From positions 64,001 to 128,000 of the forward strand of contig JAVZHX010000001.1 in assembly GCA_038871515.1 (NCBI GenBank): a stretch of 64,000 nucleotides of DNA, given 5' to 3'. The notes under the pieces were generated by a model that did not search any database, was not told the DNA's origin, and saw only the letters and a list, made by a program, of their open reading frames with translations. Positions within the stretch are counted from its first letter, which is position 1; every line of letters starts with the position of its first letter. A program made the position numbers and the translations under genes. Shown here in pieces: positions 37,948-47,781 of the stretch. Origin of the DNA: Candidatus Micrarchaeia archaeon. GTDB taxonomy: Archaea > Micrarchaeota > Micrarchaeia > Burarchaeales > Fermentimicrarchaeaceae.

Positions 37948-40245
37948 ATGAAAAAAATTATTCTTGCACTTGCACTTATCCTGCTTGCTGGCTGTTTGAT
38001 ATTTCCACCTGAAAACAAATACGAGCTCTTCTCTTATTTACCTTCTGAGGGTGCAACAAATGCTCTTTTCATTGATGCAAAGGAGGAGGGGTTCAGCGAG
38101 CTGAGCTCCCTTCTTGGAGTTGTCATGGGTGGTGCAAAGTTGAAAGAAATTAAAGGAATGCAGTTTGCGCTTCTTGGGTATGGAGATGGGGGAAGTGCAG
38201 GTGTAATTAGGCTGAAAACAGATATGGATGTGAACGAACTGATCAGAATGCTTCCCTACGGAGAGATGGAATTCAGAAATGAAACAAAGTTTATTGGTGG
38301 TAAAGAGGTGATACTGCTTTACCCGAAGTATATTTACTCTGAGTATGATAGAAATAAGGAGAATCCTTTGTGCATGTGGAGGGAGGGGGAGTGGTTGAGT
38401 TTTCTCTACTGCCAGCCTGGGTATCGTTATGTTATGGATAGTATGACAAAAATAAGTAGTAACGATAACTTCAGGTGTGACGTAATACTGGAGCAGAAGT
38501 ACGACACAAAAAAAGCTGAGGAGCTTCTTTCAGAAAGCACGGCAATGAAGCAAAAACTCTCAGCAGGTGGCACATTATTTGGCGAGGCAGTTGGTTATGT
38601 TGAGAACCAAAGTATTTACGTTTCTGTTTTTGGGGATGAGAAAGCTGATTATGGAGTTGTGATTAGCAAGGGAGGCAGAAGAGGAGCGAGTTTGTGTTAT
38701 AATGACTCCTCCTCAAAATCAGCAGAAATTGTGAGAAGAGGTAGTAGAGAGGCGTGCGTGAAGGAATATGAAGGAGGAAGCTCCTCCACGCTGCCGAGTT
38801 TATCAAGGATGAGCTTCATATACGCGGAGAGGAGGGTTGGTGACTACTCAGTAGTTGCCATTACCTATCCAAAGGAGAGCAAGCAAGCTGTTAGAAGCAG
38901 TGTTGAGAACATAGTATTCGGTACTGAGTTGGGAGGTGAGGAGGGAAGATGGACGGATAAGATGAATTTAACAGTGAGAGTTTATGAGAGGGTTGGCAGC
39001 CAGAACATACCAGTTGGGGATGCAAAAGTTGAGCTGTATAGCTATTCATATCCGGGTTATGGGTATGAGTATGTGGATGTAGTTGATGGAGTGAGCAGAA
39101 GAAAACTTGTCAAAACAGCATACACAGATAACAATGGAGTTGCGAAGTTTGAAAACCTTGAGGTTGCAAGCTATACTGTTGAGGTGAGCAAGCAGGGTTA
39201 TGTGAAAGGAACTGATTACGTTTACGCTGGAGAAACAAACTCCACCGTGAGCTTGCAGAAGATGGGACCACTTGTTGTTACTGTAAAGGAGTCTGGAGGA
39301 ACGCCTATTGCAGAGGCAACTGTGAGATTATACAACAGAACACTGAGTTATGATTATGAGTTGATAAGAACAGCGTATACTAATGAAATGGGAGTTGCTG
39401 ATTTTGGGATGCTTGAGATTGATTACGGAAGAGCAGTTGTGAGCAAAGAGGGTTATAAGAATTATACCGCTTATGTATCATCTTCCTCAAGAAACATAAC
39501 TGTTTACCTGACGAAGGAAGTTAGGTATAACTACACTGGACAACCATTTACGGTAACAGTAAGAAGTTATGATTCAGAAGAACTTATGATTAATGTTGAA
39601 GAGGCAAAGGTGAGTATTTATAACAAAACTCCACCTGGTTACGTGCTTGCTTCCACTAACTACACAAACTCAAACGGCGTTGCAGTTTTAAAAGGAGATG
39701 GAATTGGAGATGGAAAAATAGAGGTTGAGAAGGCGGGTTATGAAAAATATAGCCAGGAGTTTTATTACTACAACGGCAGGAATATGGTGGTATACCTAAC
39801 TGCTCTTGGCTCAAAACAAACGCATGGTTGGGATAAGATACTCACCAGCGAAAACTGCAGCGGAAACTTCAGTGTTAGAATCTGGCCTTCGGAAGCTGCA
39901 ACTGCTAGCTGCACAACCAGCACGGGCGCTGTTCTTTCATCAACCGGCGTGAACTCTGCGGATTGGTTTAATTATGGTGGATGTGGTGGCTGGAAAAGGT
40001 ATAACGTGACTCCTGGCTCGCAGGTTAAGATACATGGGTATACCGACAGCTGCGCAGGCTGCACTCTGTGGCATATAAATTACTATTTACACGATTACTA
40101 CAACTCCACCTGGCACAGAGTTGGCTACGTGGATGGGCCTGACGAAAGAGGAGCAACGCACGACTTTTGTTACACCCCAAAAGGCAGTATGATAAGCATA
40201 GAAGCTGAGACTGGTTTCTACGTGCAGGTATTCACAAACCAGTAG
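37948..40245 (+). CDS. Surface lipoprotein with three Cna-B / carboxypeptidase-regulatory-like beta-sandwich repeats
   Basis: Lipobox LLAG/C; three repeats of VxV...AxVxLY...T(D/N)xxGVA...VxKxGY. Confidence 0.78.
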   Translation: MKKIILALALILLAGCLIFPPENKYELFSYLPSEGATNALFIDAKEEGFSELSSLLGVVMGGAKLKEIKGMQFALLGYGDGGSAGVIRLKTDMDVNELIRMLPYGEMEFRNETKFIGGKEVILLYPKYIYSEYDRNKENPLCMWREGEWLSFLYCQPGYRYVMDSMTKISSNDNFRCDVILEQKYDTKKAEELLSESTAMKQKLSAGGTLFGEAVGYVENQSIYVSVFGDEKADYGVVISKGGRRGASLCYNDSSSKSAEIVRRGSREACVKEYEGGSSSTLPSLSRMSFIYAERRVGDYSVVAITYPKESKQAVRSSVENIVFGTELGGEEGRWTDKMNLTVRVYERVGSQNIPVGDAKVELYSYSYPGYGYEYVDVVDGVSRRKLVKTAYTDNNGVAKFENLEVASYTVEVSKQGYVKGTDYVYAGETNSTVSLQKMGPLVVTVKESGGTPIAEATVRLYNRTLSYDYELIRTAYTNEMGVADFGMLEIDYGRAVVSKEGYKNYTAYVSSSSRNITVYLTKEVRYNYTGQPFTVTVRSYDSEELMINVEEAKVSIYNKTPPGYVLASTNYTNSNGVAVLKGDGIGDGKIEVEKAGYEKYSQEFYYYNGRNMVVYLTALGSKQTHGWDKILTSENCSGNFSVRIWPSEAATASCTTSTGAVLSSTGVNSADWFNYGGCGGWKRYNVTPGSQVKIHGYTDSCAGCTLWHINYYLHDYYNSTWHRVGYVDGPDERGATHDFCYTPKGSMISIEAETGFYVQVFTNQ

Positions 40246-41080
40246 CTCTGCCATACCGGTACACATACTGCTGGGCGTAACCGGCATACTCCCCCCAGTA
40301 GTTTCTTGCAAATTCTCTTATTTCCAAATCTGTTGCTTTCTTTCCTTTGAAGTAAACCCTCTTCATTGTTTTTCTCACCCAAACATCTACTGGGAATGCT
40401 TCAAGCTTTCCATAAGCAAACAGCATAACGCAGTCAGCTATCTTTTCACCTACTCCCTCCACTCTCATCAACTCCATTCTGCCCTCCTCATAACTCATCT
40501 CCGCCAAGCTCCCTAAATCAATTTTCTCCAAGCACATTCTTGCTGCATTTTTCAAGTAACCTGCTCTGAAACCAAGCTTGCATTTTTTCAATAAACCCAA
40601 ATCTGCTTCTGAAATTTTTTCTGGAGTTGGAAAACGATGAAAAACCCTTCCGTCAACAACAACTTTCTCCCCAAGCAGTGAGGAAAGGTTGCTGACAATG
40701 CACTTTATATTTTTCAGATTGTTGTTTGTTGAGCAGATGAAACAAGCAAGTGTTTCCCATGGGTTTGAGAGAGTCAACCTTAAACCATAAAGCTCTCTCA
40801 CTGCATTCAGCATGAACTCATCCTTTATGATTTTTTTATAAATCAGCTTCATATCATCCTTCAACCTAAACCTATATTCAACAACTTTTTTCACCTCCTC
40901 GCTCTCGCCTCTCCACTCAACTTTTAAAGAATTCTCAATCTGCTCCACTGAAACAGGTGAATTGTTAACAAGAAACTCAGCTCTGCCGTTTTCATAGTTC
41001 ATCAGAAAATACACGGGCTGCCCGCTGAGCATTGTGTGATGAAGGTTAAAACACGTTACAGGTATTTCCATCACAGGCAT
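40232..41080 (-). CDS. ogg: 8-oxoguanine DNA glycosylase/AP lyase (Ogg1-like, HhH-GPD)
   Basis: PWETLACFICSTNNN, LGFRAGY, GVGEKIADCVMLF, FPVDVWV, YAGYAQQY. Confidence 0.9.
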   Translation of the reverse strand: MPVMEIPVTCFNLHHTMLSGQPVYFLMNYENGRAEFLVNNSPVSVEQIENSLKVEWRGESEEVKKVVEYRFRLKDDMKLIYKKIIKDEFMLNAVRELYGLRLTLSNPWETLACFICSTNNNLKNIKCIVSNLSSLLGEKVVVDGRVFHRFPTPEKISEADLGLLKKCKLGFRAGYLKNAARMCLEKIDLGSLAEMSYEEGRMELMRVEGVGEKIADCVMLFAYGKLEAFPVDVWVRKTMKRVYFKGKKATDLEIREFARNYWGEYAGYAQQYVYRYGRATGL

Positions 41081-42582
41081 AGCTTATTACCTTTTATAAA
41101 CAACCAAAGCTTCTCAGGAAGTTTCTGAATGCTCTCCCTTGCTTGCTTTCCATCATTCCTGAATCTAACAGTGACAGTTTCATCCTTCAGAGTTTGATAG
41201 TCAACCGTCACACAATACGGCGTTCCTATCTCATCCTGCCTTGCATATCTCTTTCCTATGCTTCCCGTTTCATCGTAAACAACCGCAAAACCCTCTCTCC
41301 TCAAATAATCCACAACCTGCGACGCTTTCTCATCAAGCCCATCCTTTCTCATTAGAGGAAGAACTGCAACTTCAAAAGGAGAGAGAAAAGCTGGAAAGTC
41401 AAACCACTCCCAATCCCTTCTCTCAGCACCCCCTCCTTTTCTGTAACAGTATTCAAGAATGCACAGCAGAGTTCTGTCAACTCCAAAGCTCGGCTCAACA
41501 ACATGAGGAGTTACCCTGCTTCCATCCTCAAGCAGAACAGACAAATCCTTCCCGCTTGCTTTGGAGTGGCTCCTCAAATCATAATCAGTTCTATACGCAT
41601 TTCCTATAACTTCCACCCAACCAGATGATATTTTCACCTCTAAATCAATATTACCTCCTGAGTAGTGAGGAGTTTCCTCTGGAAGCATATGCCTGAACCT
41701 AAGAGCATCATACGGAATACCCAACTTCATATAGAACTGCATCTCCCTCGCCATGAAATACGCCATTATCTCATTGGGGACAATTTTTCTTTCAATGAAT
41801 TGCTTTGCTGTTAACTCAACACACCTCTCGCTTCCCTTAGCTTGCTCCTCCCTTGTGTATACTCTGAACTTCTCATTCTCAACTTCCTTGAACTTTGGGT
41901 GTTTTGGCGTTTTTGGATTGAAGAAATACTCAAGCTCCATCTGGTTGAACTCCCTCAATCTAACTAACCCTTGTCTTGGCGATATTTCATTCCTGAATGA
42001 CTTTCCTATCTGCGCTATTCCCATGGGTAGTTTTGAGCCATGACTTCTAAAAATTCTTTGAAAGTTAAGAAAGATTCCCTGCGCAGTTTCAGGGCGCAGG
42101 TAACCTGTTGTTCCCTCTATCGGCCCTATGTTTGTTTTGAACATAAGGTTGAACCATCCAACCTCGCCAAGCGCGCCTCCGCATTCAGGGCATTTTACAT
42201 TTCTTTCCTTTATCTTCTTTGTAAGCTGCTCAGGCTTCATTCCCTCCCATTTTTTATCACGGAAACCACCTGATGTTCTCTCCTCAAGCAAATGATCTGC
42301 TCTGAACTTCTTCTTGCATTTCAAGCACTCCACAACAGGATCTCCGAAGCAGGAGAGGTGACCTGATGCTTCCAGAACAACCTCTGGAAGAATGTAAACA
42401 GATTCTATTTCCAGATAACCATCCCTTTTCAGGAAGAACTCCCTCCAGAAATCCTCAAGCTTTCTCTTCAACGCTTTTCCAACCGGCCCATAATCATAGA
42501 AACCACCGACTGGGGAGTAAAGCTCGTTTGAAGGAATAATTATTGAGCGCTTCAGCGCTATCTCCATTATCTCCTGCTTCAT
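41071..42582 (-). CDS. glyS: Glycine--tRNA ligase (archaeal/eukaryotic type)
   Basis: YLRPETAQGIF, GKSFRNEISPRQG, VVEPSFGVDR, anticodon-binding domain. Confidence 0.97.
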   Translation of the reverse strand: MKQEIMEIALKRSIIIPSNELYSPVGGFYDYGPVGKALKRKLEDFWREFFLKRDGYLEIESVYILPEVVLEASGHLSCFGDPVVECLKCKKKFRADHLLEERTSGGFRDKKWEGMKPEQLTKKIKERNVKCPECGGALGEVGWFNLMFKTNIGPIEGTTGYLRPETAQGIFLNFQRIFRSHGSKLPMGIAQIGKSFRNEISPRQGLVRLREFNQMELEYFFNPKTPKHPKFKEVENEKFRVYTREEQAKGSERCVELTAKQFIERKIVPNEIMAYFMAREMQFYMKLGIPYDALRFRHMLPEETPHYSGGNIDLEVKISSGWVEVIGNAYRTDYDLRSHSKASGKDLSVLLEDGSRVTPHVVEPSFGVDRTLLCILEYCYRKGGGAERRDWEWFDFPAFLSPFEVAVLPLMRKDGLDEKASQVVDYLRREGFAVVYDETGSIGKRYARQDEIGTPYCVTVDYQTLKDETVTVRFRNDGKQARESIQKLPEKLWLFIKGNKLCL

Positions 42583-42651
42583 ATAATCACAATTGGTTTA
42601 AGATAAGAAAGTAGATAAATATTGGCATTTAAATACTCTTTTGGTGGTTGA

Positions 42652-43428
42652 ATGGGACGGGAGGAGCTTCTTGAGAAAGCAAGAGCAGCTGTTAAGGAGG
42701 CTTACTTGGAAAAAGACAGACAGCTGATTCAGTGTGTCAATGCAATAGATGAACTTGATAAAACATGCAACCTTCTTTTTGAGAGACTGCAGGAGTGGTA
42801 TGGAATATACTTTCCAGAGCTTAGAGTTAAGGAAGTTGAAAAATACTGCGAGCTCATTCTAAAGCTGAACAGAAAGGAGTTTAATGAGGAGGAAGTTTCA
42901 AAAATAGTTGGGAAGGAGAAAGCAAAGGAGATTAAGGAGAAAGCAGGAAGGAGCATTGGAGTTGATTTAAGAGAAAGAGATTTGGAGGAGATAAGAAAGC
43001 TTGCCAGAGGGATATTAAATCTGAAAGCAGTCAGAAATTCTTTTGAGGAGTATGAAGTTGAATTTGCAAAGGAGCTCTGCCCAAATTTAACTTATTTAAT
43101 TGAAGCACCGCTTGCAGCAAAGCTGATTGCACATGCAGGTGGTTTGGAAAGACTTGCGAGGATGCCCGCTAGCACAATACAGGTTTTAGGTGCGGAGAAA
43201 GCGCTTTTCAAGCACCTGAGAAAACACACCAAATCACCAAAGCACGGCTTGCTTTTCCAGCATCCCTGGGTGAATTCAGCTCCAAAGAAGGACAGGGGTA
43301 AAATTGCAAGATTGCTTTCAACAAAAATTGCAATTGCGCTGAAAGCTGATTTTTACTCAAAGAATTTTATAGCTGATAAGCTGAAAGCTGATTTGGAGAA
43401 GAGAATGAATGAAATAAGGAAGGGATGA
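42652..43428 (+). CDS. nop5: Nop5 (Nop56/58) box C/D RNP protein, short N-terminus
   Basis: ERLQEWYGIYFPEL; PASTIQVLGAEKALF...SPKHGLLFQHP; RGKIAR. Confidence 0.92.
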   Translation: MGREELLEKARAAVKEAYLEKDRQLIQCVNAIDELDKTCNLLFERLQEWYGIYFPELRVKEVEKYCELILKLNRKEFNEEEVSKIVGKEKAKEIKEKAGRSIGVDLRERDLEEIRKLARGILNLKAVRNSFEEYEVEFAKELCPNLTYLIEAPLAAKLIAHAGGLERLARMPASTIQVLGAEKALFKHLRKHTKSPKHGLLFQHPWVNSAPKKDRGKIARLLSTKIAIALKADFYSKNFIADKLKADLEKRMNEIRKG

Positions 43429-43429
43429 G

Positions 43430-44083
43430 ATGAGGGTGCTTGCTCTTTCTGACTTGCACGCAGAGGAAGCTGTGCTTGATTGTTTAAGGAAACTCTTGGA
43501 GAAGGAGAAGTTTGACTTAATTTTGATTGTTGGCGATATAACTCACAAAGGACCTCTTTCCTATGCAGAGGATTTACTTGATGTTTTGAGAGGAGAAAAA
43601 CTTTTTGCAGTTCACGGCAACATGGACACTCAGCAGGTTGTGGATTTGCTTGAGAGGAGGGGTTTTCTTCTGCATTTGAGGAAAGCTGAGCTTGGCGGAT
43701 GGAATTTCATAGGTTACGGGGGAAGCAGCCCAACTCCTTTCAACACTCCAATTGAATACTCTGAGGAAAGAATTTATGAGGAATTGAGCAAAATGAGGAT
43801 GAACTCAAAAACAATTCTTATCACCCACCCCCCCCCATATAACTCTGGAGTTGATAGAACTTCTGGTGGAGTTAGCGCAGGAAGCAAGTCAATAAGAAAG
43901 ATTATTGAGGAGAAAAAACCATTTATGAATATATGTGGGCATATACACGAGGGGGAAGGTGAGGCAGTAATTGGAGAAACAAAAGTTGTAAAGGTTCCTG
44001 CAGCGATGAACGGAAAGGCTGTTGAATTGATGATTAGCAAGGAGATGGGGGTTAATTTTATTAAACTTGGTGAAAGAGTGTGA
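43430..44083 (+). CDS. Calcineurin-like metallophosphoesterase
   Basis: SDLH, GDIT, GNMD, THPPP, CGHIHE motifs. Confidence 0.92.
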   Translation: MRVLALSDLHAEEAVLDCLRKLLEKEKFDLILIVGDITHKGPLSYAEDLLDVLRGEKLFAVHGNMDTQQVVDLLERRGFLLHLRKAELGGWNFIGYGGSSPTPFNTPIEYSEERIYEELSKMRMNSKTILITHPPPYNSGVDRTSGGVSAGSKSIRKIIEEKKPFMNICGHIHEGEGEAVIGETKVVKVPAAMNGKAVELMISKEMGVNFIKLGERV

Positions 44084-44104
44084 GGAGTAGTCAGCAACAC
44101 TAAT

Positions 44105-44125
44105 TTTATTAATGAGATTAATAAA
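44105..44125. promoter_or_regulatory. 9-3-9 inverted repeat overlapping a TATA-like box
   Basis: TTTATTAAT-GAG-ATTAATAAA, ending 6 nt before ATG 44132. Confidence 0.5.
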
Positions 44126-44131
44126 GATACT

Positions 44132-47017
44132 ATGGCATCAGTCCGGGTGGTGTTAGTTGCGTTTCTGCTACTTTCTTTCTCCAACGTTTCATATTCAATT
44201 AATGAGTGTTGTGTTAACAATTGCACTATAGGAGTATATGCGGCAACAGTAGGAGGGCATTATTTCTGCCAGGGAATGGAGTATTGCGAGGCGGGAACGG
44301 CGTGTATTGGGGGAGAGTGTGTTCCTTCAACACCACCAAGTTATGAAGCACGCTGTGCTACATGCGGGACTTGTAATGGTTTGGGGGCATGTACTCAAAT
44401 TCTTCCATGTGGCGCTCCATGCGCTACTAACACTTACTCTGGATTTTGTAACGGGAAGGGACTTAGTCAGTACTATTGCATAGCGCCTCAACCCGGAGGC
44501 AATGAATGCAATTGCAATCAGATGTGCTACTCAGGCAAATGCTGCTCTGATAACAAGTGCGCTGCAGTTACAAACGGGTGTTGTTCTGATTCTGATTGTC
44601 CAACAGGCTATTTATGTAACTTGACAACAAAAACATGCTTTACAAAGTGTCAGGCGGACTGCACTTTTGGTGATGGGGTCTGCCATAGGGAATGTAATGG
44701 GATAAACGGCTGCGTGTTCAGAGAAGTTTGCGATGGAGTTGGAAAAGGCGCGGTTGTGTGCTTTGATGAGTACAGCACTGTAACCTGCTGCAGCGGCACA
44801 CCAACAACGTGTGGGACAGTGAGCATCACCTGTCCAAAAAAGTGTGATGGAAACAGGCTATGCTCTTATCCCTCAAACCAAGCAACATGCAGCAAAACGT
44901 GCAGCGGGGGGGTATGCCAGGAGTGCGTTCCGGACTGCGGCACACCCTCTTGCACAGATTGCGGGGCAGGTTATTACTGCTCCATCGATACATGCGTAAG
45001 CTGTCCAGCTGGCTGGGCGAACTGCGATGGAAGCGCAGCAAATAAATGCGAAACTAGTTTATTAACTGATCCAAGCAACTGCGGCTCATGCGGGAATATC
45101 TGTCCAAGCACCGCTCCTGTTTGCGAGAATGGGAAATGCATACCCTCAGCTACTCCTGCGTGCTCAAGCGATGCTGACTGCAACGATAAGAATCCCTGCA
45201 CAACTGATGTATGCAAAAACCCTGGCACGCCAACTGCTTCATGCGTCCATACAATTATAACTGCATGCACAAGCGGTGATGGATGCTGTCCAGAAGGATG
45301 CTCTTATCTTGTTGATACTGACTGTCCAGTGGTTGTTAAATGCGGAAATGGCAAATGCGAAACTGGGGAGGACTGCTGCAACTGCCCAGAGGATTGCAGT
45401 GCGGGAACATGCTTAGGAGACGTACCTGGTGAGGTGTGCAAAAAATACATCTGCAGTGGCAAGACGAAAGTTGAAGTTTACAAAGAGAACTGCTGTGGAA
45501 ACAGAATCTGCGAAAGTGGAGAGGGATGCTGGAGCTGTCCTGCTGACTGCTCCTGCCCTGCGGGACAGCAGTGCTTATACGATAAATGCACAACAAAGAA
45601 ACTTCTCCCAAATGGGGCGGAGTGCACAAGCAACGAGGAGTGCTCTTCTGGACACTGCGAGTTCGGCTACTGCTGTGCTGCTGGTTTGTGCTGCAGGCAA
45701 GACTCAGAGTGCCCACGCGGGCAGGTGTGTGTGGATTACAGCTGTCAGCTTCCAGGAACGAAATGCAGCGACGGCACTCCAACAGGTCAGTGCTCCAATG
45801 AGAAACCAAAATACTGCAACAACGGAGTTTGGGTTTACGCATGCGCAACATGTGGCTGTCCAGAAGGGGAGATATGCAGGATGGATGGTTTATGCTATGG
45901 TTTGCAGTGCAGTGATGGAACTCAGCAGGGAAAGTGCTCAAGCAACAAACCTCTATTCTGCAGCAAGAACAGAGAGTTAATTGAAAAATGCTCTGAGTGC
46001 GGCTGCCCAGAGGGTTTTCTCTGCGACAGAGAAAGGGAGTTCTGCTATAAAAAACCGTCTCTGAAAATTCTCTCCCCTCTTGAAAACCACACAATCAACG
46101 TTGGGGTGGAGAGAAAGGTTGTGATAAGCGGGGTTGTTGTGAAAGACGAGAAACCAGTTGCTTTCAGCATTGAGGGAAACGATTCAAGGTTCCTGCTTGC
46201 AAGTTACGATGCAACCACTGGTGAATTTGTTTTTGAGAATGTAACGCCGATAGAGGAAGGATATAACTACTTCTGCGTGAGAATTGCGGATAATGACGGA
46301 AATTTGCTTGCAAAAGAAGAGAGAAGTTTCAAAATAATTAACGCACCTCCCGGCATAACGGATCTATTTTCACTCCAGGAGTTGCCTTTTGGAATTGTTC
46401 AACTCTCTCTTCTTTTCCTTTTCCTCTTCCTCCTTCTTAACGTTCTTATTCCTCTTATCAGAAAGCTCACAGCTGCCCCACTTGATTTTCCAGATGGTTC
46501 CATAGTGCTTGTTGAGGGCGCGGTTGGAAGTGGGAAGGAGGAATTCTGCTTTGAAGTTGTGCGCAGAAAAATTAGAGAAGGCAAATTCTCTGTTATTCTT
46601 TCTTACGACCCAGCAAAGGAGGAGAACTGGTTCAGCACATGGGAGAGAAACAGACTGCTTTTTATAAAAATTGAGCCAGATATAAATGAAATTGCAATCA
46701 GCATATCAAAGATGCTCGGTGGTGAGCCCCGCATGGCTTTCATAAACATCCTCAGCCTCCTGCTTACAAAATACAACGCAGAGGAGCTGAGTGACTTTTT
46801 AAGCACAAACTTCACCAAGCTGAGAAACGCAAAGTGCAGTGCAGTTTTCTGCGTTGATAAAGGGGTTAATGATGAAACCCTTTCTGCAGTAGAGGGTTTG
46901 TTTGACGGTGTTGTTGAATTTCAGGTGCAGGAGGAGAAGGGTAAGCTGAGCTCGTACTTCAGGGTTAAGGAGTTCAAAACGAAAAAGTTTGACAGTAACT
47001 GGAGGAGGTTCAAATAG
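44132..47017 (+). CDS. Single-pass membrane protein: Cys-rich ectodomain plus cytoplasmic degenerate KaiC/RecA-like domain
   Basis: Signal peptide, about 600 aa of Cys-rich repeats, Ig-like segment, TM helix (IVQLSLLFLFLFLLLNVLIPLI), then LVEGAVGSGKEEF...EGLFDGVVEF. Confidence 0.85.
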   Translation: MASVRVVLVAFLLLSFSNVSYSINECCVNNCTIGVYAATVGGHYFCQGMEYCEAGTACIGGECVPSTPPSYEARCATCGTCNGLGACTQILPCGAPCATNTYSGFCNGKGLSQYYCIAPQPGGNECNCNQMCYSGKCCSDNKCAAVTNGCCSDSDCPTGYLCNLTTKTCFTKCQADCTFGDGVCHRECNGINGCVFREVCDGVGKGAVVCFDEYSTVTCCSGTPTTCGTVSITCPKKCDGNRLCSYPSNQATCSKTCSGGVCQECVPDCGTPSCTDCGAGYYCSIDTCVSCPAGWANCDGSAANKCETSLLTDPSNCGSCGNICPSTAPVCENGKCIPSATPACSSDADCNDKNPCTTDVCKNPGTPTASCVHTIITACTSGDGCCPEGCSYLVDTDCPVVVKCGNGKCETGEDCCNCPEDCSAGTCLGDVPGEVCKKYICSGKTKVEVYKENCCGNRICESGEGCWSCPADCSCPAGQQCLYDKCTTKKLLPNGAECTSNEECSSGHCEFGYCCAAGLCCRQDSECPRGQVCVDYSCQLPGTKCSDGTPTGQCSNEKPKYCNNGVWVYACATCGCPEGEICRMDGLCYGLQCSDGTQQGKCSSNKPLFCSKNRELIEKCSECGCPEGFLCDREREFCYKKPSLKILSPLENHTINVGVERKVVISGVVVKDEKPVAFSIEGNDSRFLLASYDATTGEFVFENVTPIEEGYNYFCVRIADNDGNLLAKEERSFKIINAPPGITDLFSLQELPFGIVQLSLLFLFLFLLLNVLIPLIRKLTAAPLDFPDGSIVLVEGAVGSGKEEFCFEVVRRKIREGKFSVILSYDPAKEENWFSTWERNRLLFIKIEPDINEIAISISKMLGGEPRMAFINILSLLLTKYNAEELSDFLSTNFTKLRNAKCSAVFCVDKGVNDETLSAVEGLFDGVVEFQVQEEKGKLSSYFRVKEFKTKKFDSNWRRFK

Positions 47018-47025
47018 GTGGTTGA

Positions 47026-47781
47026 ATGGAAAGAACAAAAACAGGTGTGAAGGGTTTGGATGAGATTCTTAAAGGAGGAATTCCCAAAAACTCAGTTGTG
47101 CTTGTTTCGGGTGCAGCTGGCTCAGGAAAAACAATACTCGGCTTGCAGTTTTTGGTGAACGGAGCTGTTGAGTTCGGCGAGAGAGGTTTGTTTGTCACTT
47201 TTGAGGAATCACGGAATGACGTAACTTCGCAGGCACTTCAGTTTGGATGGGATTTGGAGAAATTGGAAAGCGAGGGAAAGCTCAAGATAATGACGTTTGT
47301 TCCATCAAAGCACCATCTCTCATATATAAACTCAGAGATAGATTCCGCAATAGACGAGTTCAAGCCACAACGACTGGTTTACGACTCAATTTCAACGATA
47401 GGCGTTTATGCAGAAGTTATCGCAGACGTTGAAACTCTTATGAATTTAGGATTGAAGAAGGAGGATGTGACAATTCACCTGCCGCCAGAAACGGTTACAA
47501 GAAGAGCTGTTATGGATATAATGGGAAAGCTTAAATCAGCTGATATCACTTCTCTTGTCATCTCCGAGCTTCCGAAGCAGTCCAGCTACCTAAGCAGGGA
47601 CACGATAAGCGAATTCATTGCAGATGGGATAGTTTTGCTGCACTGCTTGGAGAAAAAGGAGAAAAAGATAAGAGCAGTTGAAGTTTTGAAGATGAGAAGA
47701 ACTGAGCACTCTATGGATTTGGTTCCGATGATTATCAGTGAGAGAGGAATAGAGGTGCTTGTTGGAGAGAAAGTTTACTGA
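47026..47781 (+). CDS. KaiC-family (RAD55/GvpD-like) ATPase, single domain
   Basis: KTGVKGLDEILKGGIP, GAAGSGKT, VTFEE, RLVYDSIS, EFIADGIV, VLKMRRT. Confidence 0.93.
   Translation: MERTKTGVKGLDEILKGGIPKNSVVLVSGAAGSGKTILGLQFLVNGAVEFGERGLFVTFEESRNDVTSQALQFGWDLEKLESEGKLKIMTFVPSKHHLSYINSEIDSAIDEFKPQRLVYDSISTIGVYAEVIADVETLMNLGLKKEDVTIHLPPETVTRRAVMDIMGKLKSADITSLVISELPKQSSYLSRDTISEFIADGIVLLHCLEKKEKKIRAVEVLKMRRTEHSMDLVPMIISERGIEVLVGEKVY

Noticed and set aside
43828..43836. C9 homopolymer as a phase-variation tract
   Set aside because: In frame and encodes the ordinary THPPPY phosphoesterase motif.
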